Origin: Candidatus Borrarchaeum weybense
Lineage (GTDB): Archaea; Asgardarchaeota; Sifarchaeia; Borrarchaeales; Borrarchaeaceae
DNA length: 64,000 nucleotides
Assembly: GCA_019057385.1 (NCBI GenBank)
Contig: JAHQJS010000005.1
Span: 256,799 to 320,798 of the forward strand
Direction of reading: 5' to 3'
The position numbers and the translations under genes are program-made. The notes below the pieces were generated by a model. It had not been told where the DNA came from. It saw nothing but the letters and a program-made list of their open reading frames with translations, and ran no database searches. This document shows, piece by piece, positions 59,648 to 64,000 of the stretch; within the stretch, counting starts at the first letter, position 1, and each line of letters opens with the position of its first letter.

Positions 59648-60199
59648 TTAGAGGTATCTTCTGCAGGCAGCATTAATTAATTCTGTTCTCTTGGGTCCTA
59701 AACCTCTTATTTTGTCAATTGGCAATGTTCCATTGTCATAAAGTCGACAGTAGTCTTGAGCAGTCGCAATTGAGTTATTTACTAATCCTTCCAAAACTGA
59801 ATAGGGCACTCGTCCGAGATCTCCTAGAACAAGTTCAATAGGAATCGCTTTTTCCTCTATTTTCTCCTCTAATTCTTTGATCTTGATAGTTTCCTTTCCG
59901 TTGTCTATCAATTTCTTAGCCAATCGAGAATAACTCTCATAGTGCTCAATTTTTATAGACTTATTTAGGAATACTGCCAATAAATCTAAGCCTTTTGAAA
60001 ACGCTAATACATCGAAATCTTCGAAAAGTAAAGCCATCGGTTTTTGGTTTCCTCCCATGAAGTTCATATAAAAGTTAACAGCGAAGTCCTCAAAATTAAG
60101 TGAGGATCCATTCCCATTGTCCCGTTGCTTTTGCCATTCAACCACAGGGCCGCGATCATAATCGAATCGGATCTTAAATATTGCAAGGATGTCGTTCAT
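59648..60199 (-). CDS. uDENN/longin-like protein with C-terminal HhH motif
   Basis: IF.IRFDYDRGP.VEWQ; IRGLGPKRTELI. Confidence 0.55.
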   Translation of the reverse strand: MNDILAIFKIRFDYDRGPVVEWQKQRDNGNGSSLNFEDFAVNFYMNFMGGNQKPMALLFEDFDVLAFSKGLDLLAVFLNKSIKIEHYESYSRLAKKLIDNGKETIKIKELEEKIEEKAIPIELVLGDLGRVPYSVLEGLVNNSIATAQDYCRLYDNGTLPIDKIRGLGPKRTELINAACRRYL

Positions 60200-60200
60200 T

Positions 60201-60749
60201 TCATTCCACCTTAACAACTTGTTCGATATTTGTTTTCAATATTTCTATGACATTCTCTCTTTGCAGCGGATCAATCGCTACTACTGGATAAGTGTCACAA
60301 CGCAACACGTTTGCTACTCTTTCAGCTGTCATAACTCCAGGTAAATCCTGTTTATTTGCCAGAGCGATTATTCTCATCTTGTCCCCGCCATTGTCGTCCC
60401 TTTTATTTAGCCAATCAATGATCATTTTTGTTTTTAAAACTCCTGTAGGCGTAGAATCCGTTACAACTATACATAATCTAGTATTTAGAAGATAAGAATT
60501 ATACATTGGCCAGAAGTTTTTCTGTCCTCCGAAATCCCAAAGATTAAGCTCATGCTCCCCGAGCATGCTTTTAATCATTTTCTGTCCGAAATTAAGTCCT
60601 ATAGTCGGCCTATATTCTAACTGAGGTGCCTTTCCTAATAAAAGATTGATCATGGATGTTTTACCCACTTTAGGATAACCGATAAAGGCCACTTTCATTT
60701 GCGACGTAGTCTGAGTTATTTGAGAGAAAATTGATACCCCCTTTAGCAA
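60201..60749 (-). CDS. Small Ras-superfamily GTPase (Arf-like motifs)
   Basis: GYPKVGKT, PTIG, WDFGGQ, NKQD. Confidence 0.9.
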   Translation of the reverse strand: MLKGVSIFSQITQTTSQMKVAFIGYPKVGKTSMINLLLGKAPQLEYRPTIGLNFGQKMIKSMLGEHELNLWDFGGQKNFWPMYNSYLLNTRLCIVVTDSTPTGVLKTKMIIDWLNKRDDNGGDKMRIIALANKQDLPGVMTAERVANVLRCDTYPVVAIDPLQRENVIEILKTNIEQVVKVE

Positions 60750-60867
60750 AGTAAAAAGAGAATTACGATGTTTTTAAAGACGCGTATTATCTACATATTG
60801 TCGAAATATCGCCGACAAAAAACCTTTTTGCTAAGATACATTATAAAAAAGTGAATAAAAGGTGTAT

Positions 60868-62061
60868 TCACAAATTTTTTTCTAGTTTTTCTATGAAATC
60901 AGTTGGTACTTTAGGAAATAGTTTTGGTAACCGTTCTAACAATTGCTCTTTGTTAAGCATACCCTCTTGGACGCCAGATACTTCCCATATACTAGACATT
61001 ACTGTCATACCTGCATAGATTGACTCCACTAAATCAAATCCTCTTTGATACAGTGAAAGAAATCCTGCAGCAATTCCATCACAGCAACCAATCGAATTTC
61101 CTGATTTATTCAATTTGATTGGTCCAATCCTAATAGAATCTGCATTCCTTTGAAGAATTTGCGCCGTTCCAGTAATTTTATCTTCAACAATAATCACACG
61201 TGGCTTGTTGGTACCGGTAACATCAAATATCTGTTCAGGTACTTTGATTTTATATGCATCCAGAATTTGTTTGATCTCAGAGGGGTTGCCAAATACAATT
61301 TCTGTTAGAGGAACAATGGTCTTAAGATAATTTGGTGTTACACCATACGATCCCACGTCGATTACTACTTCTTTACCGAGATAAGCGGCTTCCTTTGCAC
61401 AACCTGTCATAAATGCTTCTTCTGCAGAAGTGATAAAAACAATATCTGTTTTCTTATCTAGAATACCTATTGGAATTGGCCTTCCCTCTTCTACTGGTGA
61501 TGCGCCATTAATGTCATCAATGAAGAACCAGTCTATCCCTTTTGCATCTTTGTTACATACGATTGTCATCGTTTCTTTGTCTTTAACAACTAGGGTGTCT
61601 GCATTAAGGATTTCTGGCGAATAATTCGAATTAAGATGTTCTCGTACCTTATCCCATTTCCCCCATAGTTTCTGGGGAACTTCAACTTCTAAGAGCTTCA
61701 TATCCACACCTGTCTTTTTCAGATGATCGTAATAGGGTCCTCCAAAAAAGCCAGGGTACTGTTTATTGTAATCTTCGCCAAAAGTTGTGAGGAGGCGTAC
61801 ATCTCCTCCTAATAGGGCAAGTTGGTACGCGATGTGCCCACAACGACCTCCGTAGTTATAAGTGATGGGTTCTATCACTTTGGAGCGCAAATACTCTAAA
61901 GCCTTCTCTACATTCCATTCTTCGCCGTAAAACTCTGGTATAAGCGAGTAGGGAATAGATTTCTTCAAATACTTCTGAAATGAGGCAGGAAGCGTTCTTG
62001 TAGATTCTATTTTTATCTGTTCGTCTTTTCCAATTGTTCCTACTACAGCTATTGTTTTCAT
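60868..62061 (-). CDS. PfkB family carbohydrate/nucleoside kinase
   Basis: VGTI..D, GG..G.IAY.LA.LG, FGNP.E, NSIGCCDG.AAGF. Confidence 0.75.
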   Translation of the reverse strand: MKTIAVVGTIGKDEQIKIESTRTLPASFQKYLKKSIPYSLIPEFYGEEWNVEKALEYLRSKVIEPITYNYGGRCGHIAYQLALLGGDVRLLTTFGEDYNKQYPGFFGGPYYDHLKKTGVDMKLLEVEVPQKLWGKWDKVREHLNSNYSPEILNADTLVVKDKETMTIVCNKDAKGIDWFFIDDINGASPVEEGRPIPIGILDKKTDIVFITSAEEAFMTGCAKEAAYLGKEVVIDVGSYGVTPNYLKTIVPLTEIVFGNPSEIKQILDAYKIKVPEQIFDVTGTNKPRVIIVEDKITGTAQILQRNADSIRIGPIKLNKSGNSIGCCDGIAAGFLSLYQRGFDLVESIYAGMTVMSSIWEVSGVQEGMLNKEQLLERLPKLFPKVPTDFIEKLEKNL

Positions 62062-62324
62062 TTACTCCAGCTCTCCTTGATAACACGTTTTATTTAAGAA
62101 ATGAAGGCATATGGCATTTAGTATAAAATAATGATAAATTCACAGATTCTCACAGTTCCTTTAAATATCTTACACAAATTTTCTTTCTAAACTCCACCTA
62201 ATTCAACTTAGTTTTATGTCAAATAAGCTAACCAAGAATAAATCTCCTATTAACTGATGTTTTTTTCCAAAAAATTTATGTGTAAGGATTACGGGCCCCT
62301 CATAAAGAAAAAGATGTGGTGTAT

Positions 62325-63041
62325 ATGCCTTTTTGTAGTCAATGTGGGACTTCTATTGAACCTACTGCGAAATTTTGTGCTAATTGTGGTACACCTGTAG
62401 TCTCTGGATCGCCAGTAGCACCGCCTCCAATCCCATCAACTGCTCCTACTATGACACACAATGGATTATTTGACCCAATGCGAACTGGTTACGTAATCAA
62501 TGAAAACAGTTGGGACATGGGAGCTGGAGACATCTTGGATGAACAAGGGCAAAAGATAGGGTATATGGATCGAAAAATACTTAGTTTGAGAGCAGAGATT
62601 AAATTGACAGAAGCTGATGGCACAGTTGCAGCCACAATTCATAGGAAAATAGTTGCTGTTAAACCGACATACTTCATTAAGGATTCTAATGATCAACTAG
62701 TTGGCAAGATAGAAAAAGCGCTCCTTAGTCTCCGTCCAAAATTGGAAGTTAAAGACGGCAATGGAAATAAACTACTAGAGATAAAAGGTAATTTTAAGGC
62801 GTGGGACTTCATAATTAAGGATATGAATGGACATGAAATTGGAACCGTGAAAAAACTTGATCGATGGAAGGATGAATTGTTTGGAGGCGGAATGTTCGAT
62901 CGAAGCGATAAATACGCTCTTAAAATTAACGGAGATATAGATAGGCGGCTAGTTGTCGGAGCTGTTATAGCAATAGACAATATGTTCCACGACGATACCG
63001 ATCACGACGACGACTATGACGACCGATTTGACCGGTTTTAA
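62325..63041 (+). CDS. Zinc-ribbon plus Pro-rich linker plus LURP-one/scramblase-like protein (copy 1)
   Basis: CSQCG..FCANCG; repeated I.D..G..IG; GNF.AWDF.I; AIAID-like terminal helix. Confidence 0.75.
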   Translation: MPFCSQCGTSIEPTAKFCANCGTPVVSGSPVAPPPIPSTAPTMTHNGLFDPMRTGYVINENSWDMGAGDILDEQGQKIGYMDRKILSLRAEIKLTEADGTVAATIHRKIVAVKPTYFIKDSNDQLVGKIEKALLSLRPKLEVKDGNGNKLLEIKGNFKAWDFIIKDMNGHEIGTVKKLDRWKDELFGGGMFDRSDKYALKINGDIDRRLVVGAVIAIDNMFHDDTDHDDDYDDRFDRF

Positions 63042-63103
63042 TAACTCCTTCTTTTTTTTGAGTTTTCTTTCTCAAAAAATCAATTAATTTACTATGAATA
63101 CGC

Positions 63104-63139
63104 CAGAAAGCACCACCGCTTGAGCGTGAGGTAGTTTAC
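63104..63139 (+). mobile_element. Degenerate IS200/IS605 right-end remnant
   Basis: CAGAAAGC-hairpin-GGTAGTTTAC resembles CAGGAAGCC-hairpin-GGTAGTTCAC of the other elements. Confidence 0.5.
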
Positions 63140-63393
63140 GCATAAGCCTACATAATTTAACTAATTTTGATTCAAATTGGTTTGTGGTAACTCTGGATTA
63201 TAATTGAAAAGATTTATTAATTTGTTTAACGTTATTAATATGAACTTTCAGAGTAAATTTCGCTGTTTTACTCTTCTCTCTCTAAAGAAACGCCTTTATT
63301 ATTTCTAAATAAACTCTCAAAGATCATTTCCTAACATTAAAAACCTTACATTTCCTGGAGAGGAAAGACAAACACTCGTATGGATGTGATGAG

Positions 63394-64000
63394 ATGCCTT
63401 TTTGTGGAAACTGTGGCAATCCAGTTGATCCTGGCAAGATGAGATTCTGTCCTAGGTGTGGTACACCAATAGAAGCAGAATTTACCACAACCCCTCCTCC
63501 TGTACCACCATCGTATCCTACAACAACAAGCTCTCCGCCCCCTACATCTACAATACCTTCGCCACCAGCTCCTATGATACCAGGTGGGTTGTTTGATCCA
63601 AGGCGTAATGGGTATGTGATTCATGAGAAGACTTGGGACTGGGGAGGAGGAGACATCTTGGATGAACAAGGGCAGAAGATAGGGTATATGGACAGGAAAA
63701 TTCTGAGTTTAAGGGCTGAAATCAAGCTCACAGAATTGGACGGCACGATGGCAGCCAAAATTCATAGGAAAATAGTCGCGATACGCCCAACTTACGAAAT
63801 TAAGAACGCTAATGATCAACTCATCGGCAAGATTGAAAAAAAACTCCTTAGTATCCGCCCAAAACTCTTTGTTCTCGATCCAAGTGGAAACAAATTATTA
63901 GAGATTCGCGGTAATTTTATGGCATGGGATTTCACAATTAAAGATGCACAAAGTGGACGAGAAGTCGGAACCGTGCAAAAACTGGATCGATGGAAGGATG
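63394..64000 (+). CDS. Zinc-ribbon plus Pro-rich plus LURP-one/scramblase-like protein (copy 2; runs off window)
   Basis: Manual translation MPFCGNCG..FCPRCG..PPVPPSYP..GLFDP.R.GYVI..WDWGGGDILDEQGQKIGYMDRK; paralog of 62325-63041. Confidence 0.85.
   Translation, partial: MPFCGNCGNPVDPGKMRFCPRCGTPIEAEFTTTPPPVPPSYPTTTSSPPPTSTIPSPPAPMIPGGLFDPRRNGYVIHEKTWDWGGGDILDEQGQKIGYMDRKILSLRAEIKLTELDGTMAAKIHRKIVAIRPTYEIKNANDQLIGKIEKKLLSIRPKLFVLDPSGNKLLEIRGNFMAWDFTIKDAQSGREVGTVQKLDRWKD

Noticed and set aside
63346-63669. Minus-strand 107-aa ORF
   Set aside because: Antisense shadow of the real plus-strand gene starting at 63394
1-64000. CRISPR array, rRNA, inteins, and the many short antisense ORFs in the track
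   Set aside because: No repeat-spacer array, rRNA-like segment or intein motifs seen; the short ORFs lie opposite well-supported genes

Overview
Archaeal chromosomal segment, most likely from an Asgard archaeon. Evidence: a Sec61alpha-like SecY, ribophorin I, an Arf-like small GTPase next to longin/uDENN-like and longin-V4R genes, and a HEAT plus appendage-like protein. It contains argS (3' part), a surface/N-glycosylation cluster, rps13-rps4-rps11, the distal spc ribosomal operon (L32e to cbf5), ppsA, eno, polB, cdrS-ftsZ, ABCE1 and other housekeeping genes. Main observation: tRNA-type bulge-helix-bulge (BHB) introns occur not only in two double-intron tRNAs (Gln-UUG, Ser-GGA) and in cbf5 (a known intron site in Crenarchaeota) but also in secY. 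There, a 30-nt intron with an in-frame amber stop must be removed to restore the conserved DPF(F/Y)WMR motif, and its sequence closely resembles the second tRNA-Gln intron. Mobile DNA comprises an IS1341/IS605-type tnpB element, a 251-bp tnpB-less derivative that keeps the promoter and a covarying omega-RNA scaffold, two end remnants, and an IS607-like tnpB element inserted precisely between the C-terminal Gly codon and the stop codon of a ubiquitin-like SAMP/MoaD gene. All calls are from manual reading; no searches or folding programs were run.
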